A DNA stretch of 63,853 nucleotides, the filler included, from Cystobasidiomycetes sp. EMM_F5 (taxonomy: Eukaryota), in NCBI GenBank assembly GCA_051047955.1. It is 7 parts of 7 records of this genome, joined end to end, with 100 filler letters (N's around TTAATTAATTAA, not from the genome) between each part and the next. Parts side by side here need not be neighbours in the genome. Positions count along the whole stretch, not along the records: positions 1 to 13,912 come from JBPGPT010000075.1; 6 more parts are not named here. One strand, given 5' to 3'. The stretch's first letter is position 1. Every line of letters begins with the position of its first letter. Both the position numbers and the translations under genes were made by a program. Below the pieces are notes generated by a model. It ran no database searches. It was not told the DNA's origin and saw only the letters and a program-made list of their open reading frames with translations. Shown piece after piece: positions 1 through 13,155 of the stretch.

Positions 1-2
1 TG

Positions 3-260
3 CCGACTTTATATGAGGACCTTGACCGTATCCTGCCGAAGGTCGTACCCGCGCAGCGCACATCTTATAATGCCTGCCGCAAGGCCGGCAAGAAGTGCGA
101 TGGAGAATTTTCCACATCCGAGGAGATGCTATACCATCTTATTTGATACTACCGCAAGATGAAAAATCCACTTCCTGCATTCGATGAACTATCACGTCTT
201 CCGCGAGGCTATTCCTATTATGCGACGCTCAAGGTCATATTCGAGTATTGCGAGACGTAA
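3..260 (+). pseudogene. 3' end of an unidentified ORF interrupted by one in-frame TGA (144-146)
   Basis: Frame +3 reads PTLYEDLDRILPKVV...EMLYHLI*YYRKMKNPLPAFDELSRLPRGYSYYATLKVIFEYCET*. It looks protein-like, but no family was recognised. Confidence 0.3.
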
Positions 261-322
261 CCGGGCAAACTGTGTATAACATGGAATGGCAGCTTGACGG
301 CGCAGAAGCTTTCAATTAAGCT

Positions 323-576
323 TGTGAGTCATCCTACTACCTGAACACCTGCGGGGCCTGACAGTCCGAAGAGAAGTGAGGAGTTCCGAAGTCCGCGAAG
401 TGGGCGCCAATATACCAAAGAGTCCTGTGTATAGGAGGTGCTCACGTAACGTGGCTCATTGTTGTATAATACCGAGAAGTACGCGGTATACAGTGGAACT
501 GCTTACTTGTGAGGCATAATGCCTGGACCTGCAGTCCGAAGTAGTCCGAAAGACTTCGGTGAGAGCTCGGCTCACA
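323..576 (-). mobile_element. Solo LTR of the Ty3/Gypsy family in contig 3
   Basis: Inverted termini TGTGAG...CTCACA. Flanked by AAGCT (318-322) and GAGCT (577-581), a 5-bp TSD with one mismatch. 527-576 closely matches 23326-23379, the LTR end next to the PPT of element 1. Contains CCGAAGT/ACTTCGG. Confidence 0.8.
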
Positions 577-911
577 GAGCTGCTGGGTGTGACATGATTG
601 GAGGATTGGAACGATCTTCGATTTTTGCGAATTTAGATCGTGAAGGAAGGTAACAAAAGGTGAAGGGAAATTCGGCGCCAGGACATGTTCAAAAAGGCCA
701 GCGATTCTTCCAAGGGTCGTTTCCTCTGAAACGGATTATGCAATATTTCGGCAGAATTACACAGGAGCTCTGTTTGCGTGTATACACGAAGGTTCCATGC
801 TCGATATTGTGACCGATAAACGTCTCAAAGTTGCTGTCTGTAGGTTGACAACACGGCTGCAAAGCGAATACTATAGAGCCCGACCAATCTACATTTCGAA
901 TCCGCGCAACG

Positions 912-1585
912 TTACAGGGCAGCAAAAGCTTTGCCGTGAGAACCTTTGTATTCTTCGCTAGGAATATTTTCCACTTCGTCAAGCTCCAGCAGACTTTCCC
1001 TGATGACCTCAACGACCCTCCGCAAATCCTCCTCGCTGATCACTAATGGTGGAGCTAGCCGGATACTGGAAATGGTCAAGGATTTAGCTCTACCTGTCAT
1101 CCAGTGGAGTTTGAGGAGACATACGTATGAACGTGCGTTGGCTTTGCAAGCACGCCTTTGCTCGCCATAAGGAGACAGAGATCCCACGCTGAACGGCCTT
1201 TACGACTTTTACGGCTCGGATCCATGTCGATAGCACAAAACAAGCCCTTTGCGCGGATATTGCTGATCCAGCCTCCCTTTCCGTGCAAATCCGCGCCGAC
1301 AAGCTTCAATGTCTCGAGGTCCTTAGCGAAAGTCGCACCAACGCGCGCAGCTCGTTCGGACAGGTGTTCATCAACCAGCACATCTAGCGCCGCTATTGCA
1401 GTGGCGCAAGCTAACGGATTACCTGTTCACATCAATAGAGAGAGATTAAGCTGCATTGTCCAATATCGCCAGCATACACCAACCTCCGTAAGTGGAGCCG
1501 TGCTCGCCCGCTCTGATGGTAGGCATGACTCCTTGTCGGTCAGGACTGCAGAAACAGGATAATGATCCACCGATGGTTCCTATAT
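912..1585 (-). pseudogene. CAR2: Ornithine aminotransferase 3' half, 5'-truncated and frameshifted copy
   Basis: Exons read YPVSAVLTDKE/MPTIRAGEHGSTYG, GNPLACATAIAALDVLVDEHL, LAKPTHVHT/IRLAPPLVISEEDL. There is a 1-nt frameshift near 1527, and homology decays upstream with no room before the neighbouring gene's stop at 1829. Confidence 0.75.
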
Positions 1586-1828
1586 CCGGAGGGACACAAG
1601 AGTCGTGAAAGAATCACAGCCTGAGTCTGCACATTAGTTGCATACCGGAACAAACGTTCTACGCCAACGTTTGATGATCTGAATGATGGTAGTGATTTGT
1701 CTCGCACAGAGTACAAAGCATAAATGCGAAAATGGCGTTGTATACGCCAACGTCGCATACGGCTGCGTGTACAGTGATTCTTCGGATTTCGCGGCACACG
1801 ATTTCATTGCTCGTCATGCAACCTGAGT

Positions 1829-3609
1829 TCAAGTCGAAGCGAGCTTGGCCGGAGCTGGGAAGGCATTTGATTTGGCCAACACAAGTGTTTGCCGTTCGTG
1901 TGACAAGTAGCCGCGGATGTGACCCTATATCATGCGCAACTTGTTAAAATGCTATAAGCACTGACGGCAAAAGCGGAAATACCTTGTATATCAGATTGGC
2001 AATCAGGCATTCAACTTCATCACTATCCACTGCAACTTGCACGTGTACCAGCGCTCGTTGAGCGGTAGCTATAGATAACCTGCTGCTCTTGTCGGTGCAT
2101 AACCATCTGTCAATTGCATGGCATCAACCAGAGTCAAGGAGGGCATGATTACTAGCCGCTCACACCCGCTTGAATAGTATACGGAGGCAGCCTTCCCTGG
2201 CTCTCTCGACTGTAAGGTACGTCCCTGCCTTTACCAAAGCAGCGCGTGATTGGAGTAGTGCGCTGTCATACCATTGTACATTCCCTGTACGATAGGCTTG
2301 TACAAACGGCCGATAGAGTTCTGCTAGGCCAAAGTGCCGAGAGAGTAGGTACTCCGATGGCAGAGATCCACGCAGCATTCGTACGGGAATAAGGTATGAT
2401 AAGATAAGGCTATAACGGAACAATCAAAATAGTCATCAGGGCGTGGAGGATGTTTTTCCCTCGTGCACTCACCGCATGTTGGTCTGTGAACTCATGAGAC
2501 ATGCGCCAGCAGCAAAGGCAAGATGCTCCTCTGCCTCACCATATCGTTCATTGAGGAAATCATAAACGCCCATGTAATATCGATACGCTACTTGATGAGA
2601 GCGGGGATAACTAGACAATGGTGGAAGGTCTGCCTGATTTTGAATGCCACGGACAATGTTTTTCAGCAACCCGAGGGTTTCCAACTGGTATTGATGGACG
2701 TCAGTGTGAATGACAGCAACAACCTGAATATGACTAAATGAGGTAAATATGGTGATCTTACCTCAAAATATATCTTGAAGAGGAGAGTCGCGATGTAATA
2801 TGCACCCATGTTCCGTCGAACTTTACCAGTTACAGCAGAAGGGCCAGCTCTATTATAGACGCAAGCAACTCAGTCGTGGATGCTACACAGCTGCGCCGTA
2901 GGGAGGCTACTGACCGGTCATTCAGGCATGCAGTCCAACACTTTGTAATCAGGCGACTTGCTTCCTCCAGGCGAGCAGCCCCGTTGTTTTGACGCAACAA
3001 AACTTTGTCCGCCTGATGAGGGAATTGATGGAAACTCAGCATGACATTGAGCGCTCCCGCGTGACACGCATGACGCACCTTCGAAGCTATATTCTTGAGG
3101 TCACTACACGTGCGATAGAGCACCGGAAGGGCCCATCCACTCGAAGCGTTTGATGCATCGGAAAACCAGGCCAAGAAGGACCTTTTAGCAAGCATTCAGA
3201 ATCGGCGACTGTCTTTATAGTTGATACCATACTTCAGCATGTTAAGCTGAGCGAAGAAAGCTCTATCCCAGTCGGGTCCCGTAATGGGCTCTGCATTGTT
3301 GGATTGCTCACTATAGAGGTAGAGCACGACTGCCGTATGACGGCTTGCAACGTCGGCCCAGTGGTATTGTCCCAGACGACCGAATTCTGCGTGCGCCAGG
3401 CAACGCTTGAAGTCTTGCAGATACGGGCTATCGCTTTCAGCCTGCGTGTATTGCGAGGCAGTGTTCGGAGTGTATGACAAAAGCACAGCAGTGTTATCGC
3501 TATATGCCGTGCTCAAAAGACTCGCCAGGCGTCGGCCGTCCTCCTGTAGCACGGCGCTTGAAATACTGCTTGCATATGGCGCAAGGTCATACTGCTCAGA
3601 CGAAGCCAT
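1829..3609 (-). CDS. PCI-domain protein, CSN12/PCID2/Thp1 family (multi-exon)
   Basis: Exons include RLEEASRLITKCWTACLND, LPPLSSYPRSHQVAYRYYMGVYDFLNERY, LSYLIPVRMLRG, and the winged-helix tail DEVECLIANLIYK/GHIRGYLSHERQTLVLAKSNAFP. GT-AG introns. Confidence 0.85.
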
Positions 3610-5247
3610 GCCAATGCGAGTGGGTAACATGACGGTAGCAGATGCGGAACGACCGATATTGCAGAATTGTAGGCCGACGCTGCGGCTGTATTTGGCGGCA
3701 GCAGTAGAGGCAGCTGCATGGTCTGTAAAACCGGCAAGAACTGAATTGGGGTCTGGATTCTACAAACCCGCAGGCATATTAGTCGGCAGCTGCTGATATA
3801 TGGGGTTCCCACTATCACGAAAACAACCAACTATTGAGAATTGTACGTCCCAATTGCTGTCACCCCATTACGCACCAGTCAGCTTCGGTCACCTAATCCG
3901 GCTGCGCGCTCAATGGGCTACACCGTTTTGACATAGTGTCACTACAGCCGAGTCTGTGTATTACCCCAGCTCCGAATCACATCGCCCGACGCCATGTGTT
4001 ATGCCACTGATAACTTGGACCGACCTTAAAGATTTGCCAGAAATCAATGCGCCTTTGCCGATGTGAGGTGGTCTAGTGTCATCGCAGGTCTCATGCTCGT
4101 TGCAGCCAAGCTGACTGGAAGTAGACTAGGACATTATGCTGATTACAGCCGGGGTCGACGTGAACCAGACCAATGGAGCAGGGCGCTACACATAAACGAA
4201 GCAACGCCAATCACCATCAAAAGGGACCCCTCATAACAACCTCTGTTTCTTCATGACCGTCCGTCCGCTTGCTAGCCCGACGCCGCTTATTTGAGCGCAC
4301 CTGATGGTTATGACCAGGCCAAGCTATTCCACCAAAATATTACCGACCGCGAGTCGCAGAGCTCAGAATTATGCTGAAATCGCACGTACAATCTGTCATG
4401 ACATGATAGTCGGGGCATATACATCAACGACTACAACCTCGAAGGAGTCAATCGCAATTGCTGAACAGGCGAGATTGAGCGCAAGGTCATCGCACGTGTA
4501 ATCAGCGCTTGCTTGGAAATATGAAGTGTCGAGATAACACCGGATCTACGGACATGCCAGATGCCTCCTTTGAGCAGAACGCTACGAGTTTTCACCTTGC
4601 CGGAGGTCTTCGAAGACTTCTTCAGCTATTTCCGGTGTTTTATCAGGACTGGAGCTGCATTTCTGCATGGTCACGGTCTTGACAGAGGCACAGTCACCTA
4701 CGCAGCAATCTAAGCAGCACGTATAATTTAGCAGCTTACCGACAGCGCAATTCGGAACGCTTATCTAAGAGTGCCGAAAATGCCATTTTGCCCTTGCCTG
4801 CAGGAGATCAATGGTTCCAGCTACTTTACTATAGCGATGTCTTATCGATGCGCTGATGCAAAGGCGCCCAATCGCTACCCCAATCCGTGCAGGCATTAAT
4901 GACTCGCAGTACGAATTCGTCTTCTGTATGCGCGACTACTGTCACAATACATACATCAGTCCCTAACCTACAATCATACAGCTGTACAGCGCCGCGCTAA
5001 CTAATTATACGCTGCGGAGCGTCTTAAATAGCTTAATCAGCCATCACGTTAACCTACATATCTAGGTGCGCTGGAATGCAAAGATCGGTCAAATAAGTCA
5101 GTGGCAATCTGATCAATAATAAATACCGCGACTACTATTTGTAATTGGAAGACTGGGCGTGTTGACCGAGGCTGCCCGATGACTTAGTAGAATGGTACCA
5201 GCAGCGCATACAATCGACACAGCAGTCGAACGTCTCATGCAGCCGTT

Positions 5248-6655
5248 ATGAAGAAAGATGGGCATCTTTTTTGCTGGCTGCTGCTACTGCAAGCAGCCCA
5301 TCACTATAGCGCGGCGTCGACCGCTCGCTACAGTTTGCAGCACGCGTATGCCGGACCTTCCTTCTTCAGTGGCTGGAATTACTGGGGAGGCAAGGACAAC
5401 CTCACCAATGGTAAGATTTCTCATGGCAGACAGATTGGGGCAATAAAATGAGTGGCTTCTTTGCCAGGCAATACCTACTATGTTGAGCAGTCCAGATCGC
5501 AAAACGTTGCTTACGTTAGCAGCAACGGTAATGCCATCATCAAGGTCGATAATTCCACGTGGGCTCTCTCATTTTGCATTTGATAAGGCTCTGATGTCTA
5601 CTCGAACAGTGATCTCGCGGCGGGAGGTTATCGGAATTCAATACGGATTACTTCCATCGACGGCTATGGCATTGGCTCTCTGTTCGTTCTGGACGCTGTA
5701 CAGTATGACTTCACAGCAATGATCCTCTCAGCTGTCTTTGCTAATGGAGCGAATAGCGTTCCCTTTGGATGCTCAGTGTGGCCAGCGTTCTGGGTACATG
5801 GAGCTGAATGGCCAAGTGGAGGCGAAATTGATGTCTTCGAAGGAGTGAACATGCAAGCTACAAATCAGGTCGCCATGCACACTGTTACTGGATGCTATGC
5901 GTCTCCCGGCACGGTCTCTCAAGTCGGACGCCTGACCTCCGACAATTGCGACTACAGGGTCAACGGCAATCAGGGTTGCACGGTGTTGGATGGACGTAAC
6001 CAAAGTTACGGCGCAGGGTTTGCCTCGGCTGGAGGCGGTGTTTGGGCTATGGAGCTTGCTTCGACAGGTGTTAGCGTTTGGTTTTTTCCGGTTCGTGCAC
6101 GGGCTTGATATAGTCTATGCCACATTATCTCTAAGTGTGTGATTTCGAAACAGCGTGGATCCGTGCCTCCGGATCTGGCGAATCCCAGCACGAATTCCAG
6201 TACGCCTGACCCAACAACCTGGACTTCCCCGGTTGCACATTACTCGAACTCCTCTTGTAACGTCAATTCGTATTTTGCCCAGCAATACATCACAATAAAC
6301 ATCGCATTGTGTGGAGATTGTAGGTAATGTGGTTCGAAGTGTGCGCGCGACTAAATTCTGGCGACGGACAGGGGCTGGCAATGCTGCGGTTTTTGCGCAG
6401 ACGTGTTCAGGGACTTGTATCGACACAGTGGCTGCCGCATCAGCATACTCAAGCGCGTACTTCGAGATTTCCAGCGTGCGAGTATATGGCGGCGGCATCA
6501 GCACTCTCAACACGTCTACAGCTGTCCATGGCATCGCGGGCGCCAATCAAACCATTCCCGACAATGGCTCTGGCGTTTGGACTGGATCACCAAGGTTTAG
6601 GTTTCTATTGCAGATTGGTCTAATATTGTTCCTGTTAGCTTTGTGTCTATGGTGA
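5248..6655 (+). CDS. GH16 endo-1,3(4)-beta-glucanase (fungal Lam16A-like), secreted, probable GPI anchor
   Basis: Signal peptide; DNLTNG; GCSVWPAFW...WPSGGEIDVFEGVN (ExDxxE catalytic motif); INIALCGD/WAG; hydrophobic C-terminus. Confidence 0.9.
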
Positions 6656-6706
6656 GGGGATATTTTTTCTTGCGAAAGTGTAATCAAAGTACTTTAAGGT
6701 ATGACA

Positions 6707-8644
6707 TCAGCACATTTGATACATCTGGATCGAATCAATTGCCAATGCGCGATCTTGTATCCTCGTGCCTGTTGGCCAAGATGGCAACCACGAAGCTACG
6801 TTGTTCCAAAATTGTGTCATAGCCTAAGGTACAATCACATCAGTCACAGCGATTGCGAGAAGCGGGTTCAAGGGACGGCAACACATACGCCGGCCCGCGA
6901 TTCAGTATTTTGCCACGGCTTATTGGGCATTGAGTCTGCCCAGTAGCCGTCCAATCCGCCCGCAAGGACAGCCACTCGCAAATAAAAGGCCTGCGTAAAA
7001 ACGTCTTCAGTCTTGCCTGAGTATTAGCGTAGGAGACAGTACTACCTGATCGAATGGGGCTACATATGGATTCGCTGAGGTAATCCATGGGTTCGCAATG
7101 ATGGTGCCGTTTGTATAGCTGTAACCGAATTCCCCTAAATCGAAAAAGGTGCGTCCACCGAACCCGATATTGAAGGCTATTCGCACTCGACTATTTACCC
7201 AGATCGAGATCTGCTGAGGCGACCAATCCAGACCGAATTCATAGTACTGCTGGTCGAAGAAATTTCGATATACTTTGGAGGATCTCAGACGACGGCACAA
7301 TCATGCATGAACTTCATCACCAGAGCACCTTTATATAAGCCTTGAGTTCTGAAGAAGCGGTCGTACGTTGCCTCTCCGGCAGGTCCCCAGTGAAGGCCAC
7401 ATACCATCTCATTATTGAGTTGATCGAGCCGATATTTTGCCTGGTTACCGCGGCTCTCGAAAATCGAAATTCTGCAAGTGATGGGTGTCATTAGCGGCGA
7501 CAAATGCAGTCAACTGAAGCACGCTCACAGTCCGGATCCAGGATATGCACCGTACTCTTCTGTAGCCGGTACCAATGTTATCTGTGGCCATAACCAGTCG
7601 CTGCAGTCGCGCTGCAAGGTCAGTCCGCCCTTTCAACAAATACATGCACGCATATTACCCGGTTGGCATCTTTGCGCGGACTACAACGCGCCCATATTTG
7701 ATGCTGACTTTGTTTCGGGTTGATATCATTCCAGACTGCACAGGCGGTATTACAAGAGTCGCATTTTGAAGAGGGTCAGCGACGATGCGACAGTCGGACT
7801 GATGAATAGAAGTGCAACCAGTTCCAAGCTGCAGTACGGTTGCATTAAGTAGACTGCGCTTGCGTTAGCTATAAACAGGCTAGATTGTTCTGCAACGAGA
7901 CTGCGTACGCGTAGTCCGTGGGCAGGAGGGTCTCATTGGTAAGCGAAGGAATGATAAAGTATTTGCCGTTGTCCATGTAGGCATTGTGGTCGGTGAACCA
8001 GGTAAAGTCGCCCTGTATAGTAATTTAGGGCTGTTGCTAATTCCGAGAGGTATCAAGCTTACCGACTCTCCACCTCCGACTCTCTGCTCTACTTGCCACG
8101 TGGACGAATTGAGCAAATTTCCGCTAAAGTCTTCCGAGAGTACCAGACACCATTTGTGCTGTTCCGCATGCGTGATTGCTCTATTACCGGACCGTCAGAG
8201 CAAGTCAAGCGGATACTGAAATAGGAGCCTACGAGATGATTAAATACAGTCCACCGCCCAAACCCGCACATATGCCAATTAGGAAGACAAAGTACGATCT
8301 TCTGTCGCGAGTTGTTCCAGAGCGTCCTTTCATCCATGGTTTCGGCTGGAAAGGTAGCGAGACATCAACTATGAACGCGTCCTACTGCAACAAGGACTTG
8401 CATTGCCTAGCCTTCGATTGAAAACGTATGATCTGGGGGCTGGCTTGACCCGTTTGCGGGTCCTCGGTCTCGGTGAGGATGCATCTTGCCAGTGATCGGT
8501 CTGCGTTGCCACGGTGGGCTTTTCTGCCTCGTCTGTGTATGATATTCCGACTTCATCATGATCAGGCGCTCCACAGAAAGACCACTTGCTGAGGTCTGTA
8601 ATGTCTTCCTTGTCTCTGGCCAACCCCATGTCAAAGACTGGCAC
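6707..8644 (-). CDS. GH16 beta-1,3-glucan-binding/glucanase-like protein with N-terminal transmembrane anchor (start uncertain, possibly near 8775)
   Basis: Exons give KYGRVVVRAKMPTG, YGAYPGSG, FESRGN, LHWGP, FGLDWSPQQI, NPW...APFDQ and terminal IDSIQMYQMC*. TM segment IVLCLPNW/MCGFGGGLYLIIS region lies near the N-terminus. Confidence 0.8.
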
Positions 8645-9226
8645 TGAATTGCTGACCGCGGGCGCGATCCTTCGACTTCCACCTAGCTTGGCTGTAGGCG
8701 TGGTGCACGGGCCGTGGCTGAAACAGCACTTATTGAGTCACAACTAATCCCATACTACTGTATTCACCGCCATCATTATTCGCCTAGGTGTCACCACCTA
8801 CGGTTCCGAGTCGGGGTAAACGGGTGTGTTTATTTGTCCGCACGCCTGTGCGCGATATTTTAAGCACACGCGACTGTGCGGGCCGACTGATGAGAACAGG
8901 CATGCTGTCAAAAATGATGAGCGCTTCTTCCGCTAAATAGTACATAACGTACAGCAGCTGCAGGCGTGACTAATGTCCGTCTGAAACCGGCACATATCTA
9001 GTGCATAACTTATCCGATCTGCACATCGCTAGCGACTCAGAATCAGCACTTAGGTGTACAGTAAACAAACAAGACGTCTCTCTTGCGCACTTCGCCCGAG
9101 CTGCGCATGAATCACCTAAGCAACAGAACATAGGAGCCTCTCATTCGACAAAGCTTTCCTTAGCAAGCAGCTCTGACGGCAATTCCCGACAATCATTTAG
9201 GTACGAGGTCCAGACCGTTCTATCCA

Positions 9227-12200
9227 ATGTCCACTTTCGACAATGTCTCTGGACATTCGAATTCGATATCCTACACTCCTGGGCTAGTTGGACAGCTTCG
9301 CGAACAAGCGATGCCAGAACCGCCGCGGCGCTATTCGCTGGCACAGGTACCGAAACTTTCGAGCTGTGGCTCTCGCCAAGATTCCCAAGATTTCGACGGT
9401 AGGCAATGTCAACCTTCTTATCCGGCGCTGGGTTGTTAATGACTGCGCAAACTTCCTCAGGGCCGATTCGCGGTGGTAGACATGCTCTTATGGCGGAACA
9501 CCTGTAGTGAGCGTCTCGGTTGGTATGCGCATTTCATGCCGCATCATCTGAAGAAATGCGCGCAGTCGCCAGTGTCAGACAGCTGGATGGTTTTCCGATG
9601 CAGACTTCACCAACATCGTAGCCGTGCGGTCAAGTGTAGGTGCTGCAGGCACCAGCACTTACACCACGTACCCGCCGGCCGAACAAGTTGATGGTATCGA
9701 GGTACTTTTAAATGGCCTTGCTATCCTGAATTGCGAATCAGCTCTCATCATGGGAGGACATCTTGTCAGCAGCCTCCTCTCAGGCCTGTATGTCATGTCT
9801 ATTTTTTCTGCATACACTTGACTGAAATGCCGCTTTCAGCGGGGAGGATATGCGGATAGCCGCTCTAGCCGATGACGTTCATTTGGAGATAGTCGACACC
9901 TTGGAGGAGCTTGCTACTGTTAAGCGTCATCGTGAGCGCTTGACGATGACGTTGCTCTTCGGCTGTCTGCAATAGCTGAATCCTATATTTTGCAGAATAC
10001 GCGACCTTCATCTATTCCCATACTGCACTTGTCACTTGGGCGGTCGACGTCACGTCGTTAATCCCAAATACACAGAGAATATGCGGTCTTATGCTTCAAT
10101 TCTTGTGGCGAGTCCCTCCTCTCGCGGAGCGCAGCGACACGAAAGCGGAGAACTTGATCGAGACGACTCCGAGCGCGGACCTTGAATCATATACCACGCT
10201 GCCTCGTCCAATCTGCTTAATTTCGCCATTACACGTTGGTCTCGCCTGCGGCATCAATATTCTCGTGTGTTGCAACACCATCAGTAGGTTATACCCCATC
10301 GTGCAGGAGCGTGTATGCTCACCAACATTCTTAGGTACTCTAATCAGAGAGTTTTACCTAGACCGTTCCTGGTTGAGACTGTTGATCATAATTGTCATCC
10401 CCTTACAAGCATGTGTCTCGCAGTTCTTCTGCGTCATAGTTGTGGCTGTTATTCTTCAGTTCCTTGGACCTGTTGCACAGGTAAGTTACTCCTCAGTGTA
10501 CTCGATCATATGAATTGTCTGACGACTGTGAAAGATGCACGAGAATAGTCGCTACTATTCCGGCAAACGGCCGCCACGGATGAAGGCTCCCTTGCCCCCT
10601 TTTGTGAGGTCTGCGGTGGTTATAGCAAATTTCCACTAATATTGCGATAAGACGATATTGATGCCAGTCTACAAAGAAGGCCTCGAAAGTGTTCTGCAGC
10701 CAACAATTAACAGTCTGCAAAAGGCTATCCAGACATACGAACTTCAAGGAGGCTCGGTCAATATCTTGGTGTGCGACGATGGTATGCAGCTTCTTAACGA
10801 GGAGGACTTTGCTACCCGCAAGGTATCTGGCATGCTCTCAAAAGACAGGATGGTGCCGATTAACTCCCAACCTCGCAGGCGTTCTATGACGCGAATACAA
10901 TCGCGTACGTCGCGCGTCCAAAGCACTCGAAGCATTATCAACGAGCGGGTCGCTTCAAGAAAGCGTCCAATCTCAACATAGCTCTCGAGCTCACTATTCG
11001 CGTTGAGGTGCTCATGCATGAGTTGCGGCCGAGAAGCTCATCAAGTGCATCGTGGTCCTTTGGAGATGAGGAACAGCTTTATGAGCGATGCCTGCATACT
11101 GCTTTATCGGAAACAGTCAAACGCAGTCGTGCTGACGAGAACGGCGTCCAGCCAGAAGAGTTTAGAGTCTGGGCGGCTGGTAACATTCGAATAGGCGAGT
11201 TCATTCTGATCATCGACTCCGATACACGAGTACCGGAAGACTGCTTTCTCGACGCCGCATCGGAAATGCATCTATCACCCGAGTGTGCAATCATCCAGCA
11301 TGCAAGCGATGTTGTGCGTCCTTCCAGTAACGACAACACGTTCTCTTTTTGACAATTGTGGTCATTCTGCCAGATGTTCGTTGCAAATCATTTCTTCGAA
11401 AACGGTATTGCATTTTTTACGCGACTCGTAAACACATCAATATCGTGAATCATAAAACTGCTGTATGTACGTCATTTGACTTGTTCTTGCTTTTCCAGTT
11501 GGGTATCTTCAAACGGGGATGTTGGTAGGTTCGCCCAGTGCCAGCATAGTGGAGACGCCTTACTATGCGCATTCCATTGTCAGGGTGTTTTGTCGGTCAC
11601 AACGCGTTCATCCGATGGTCCGCTCTTCAGGAAATTGCAGCAATGCAACCAGATGGCAGATGGCAAATATGGAGCGAAAGTCATGTCTCAGAAGATTTCG
11701 ACTGCGCGCTGCGCATGCTCGTAGCTGGTTATGATGTTCGTTGGGCATCTTACTCTAATGGAGGATTCCAGGAAGGCGTATCACTTACAGCTGTAGACGA
11801 GATAAACCGGTGGCAGAAGGTAATCTTCCATTGCGGATGATTCCGTACCACGCACTTCTACTGAAAAACTTCCCATCTCGCGACGCAGTATGCTTTTGGC
11901 GTATCAGAGCTGCTGTTTTACCCGATTAAACACTGGCTCTCGAAAGGTCCTTTCACCCCTATGGCCAGATGTAGGTCTGGTGAAGATTAGATCCGTGGCC
12001 GTTGTCTTACCTGAGATATTCCTGACGCAGTCTTTTTCATCGAATCCAATCTACCGATTCACTACAAATTCTCGGCTTTGGCATACATGCTGTCGTACTA
12101 TGGCATCTCAGTTGCGTTCCCGCTGTGCGTCAAGTCAGTCTTGAGGACTGCAATCGCACAGCTAATGCCGCCCTCATCACCGCCTGCAGCACAATACTAA

Positions 12201-12968
12201 ATTATATTTTGTATGGGTAGGCTACTCTCTACTGTCAAGAGACGCAGTCGGCATTCTGAACGGATGATTATTTCAAGTCTCTTCATTCCAAGCCTCGACA
12301 ACGTATACTTGCCATCCTGGCAGGTAAATGTGGCACTCTTCGTTGTCTTTGGTTGCGCCTCTGCACTTGGCTTTGCAATCCTGAGGTATCGCTGCGGTGA
12401 GGCCGACCTTGCACGGGCCCTCTGGGAGCAAGCGAAATGGACCGTACGTGCGCAGGGCACACAAGGCCAAGACTTGCTTGTCTGATTCATCTGATATGTC
12501 GCGTACAGCCTTTCAATACGGTGTTCTTCATGGGCCTCTCTTTCCATGTTGGATTAGCGCTCATCGCGCATCTTGTTGGTTACAACATGGTTCGTCCGCG
12601 CATTTTTTCTACGTTTGCAGATTATGATGCCTACTCCTGAGTCATCGTCAGACCTGGTCAAGCACTGTCAAAGAAGCAGATGAGAGCGCAACAGTCTTTA
12701 CGGAATTACCAGCCATCTTTTCGAGATTTCAATTGCTCTTCACAGTATGCTTGCTCTGCATTTTGATGATCTTCCTTTTCAATTTTGTCTACACTTCTCA
12801 TCAACAGTGGAACATCACCGACTGGGTCAGGTATGTGCGCAACACTTAGTCGTCGCGATTGATCTGATCGTGCCTCGTCGAAGCATCTTCCCCCTGGCTT
12901 TACTCGTGACGGGACACGTCCTGTACGCATTCGTGCTAAATCCTACTGTCATGGGACTGCGGTTTTAG
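9227..12968 (+). CDS. Membrane glycosyltransferase family 2 (Glyco_trans_2_3-type), multi-exon
   Basis: Motifs MPVYKEGL, ILVCDDG, FKKASNLN, LIIDSDTRVPEDC, FVGHNAFIRWSALQE, VSEDFD, DEINRWQKYAFG. Several C-terminal TM helices, ending FVLNPTVMGLRF*. Start codon inferred. Confidence 0.85.
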
Positions 12969-13155
12969 AGTTGTTTTATACCAAAGCGAGCGCAATTATC
13001 ATTCACTATGCATGCCGCTCCGTCAGGTAGATCGCGCGTGGATTTCAGTCTGAAGCTCTACGAGAATTACTGCTTGCACAGCTCGGGCGTACGTGCGAGA
13101 TCGATACAACCCATATACTCGATCAAAGTAGCAGAAGCCGCGCTTTATTGTCTTA

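Noticed and set aside
3800..5240. Long intergenic region as a possible ncRNA locus
   Set aside because: No convincing structure or known RNA motif seen; consistent with a divergent promoter region.
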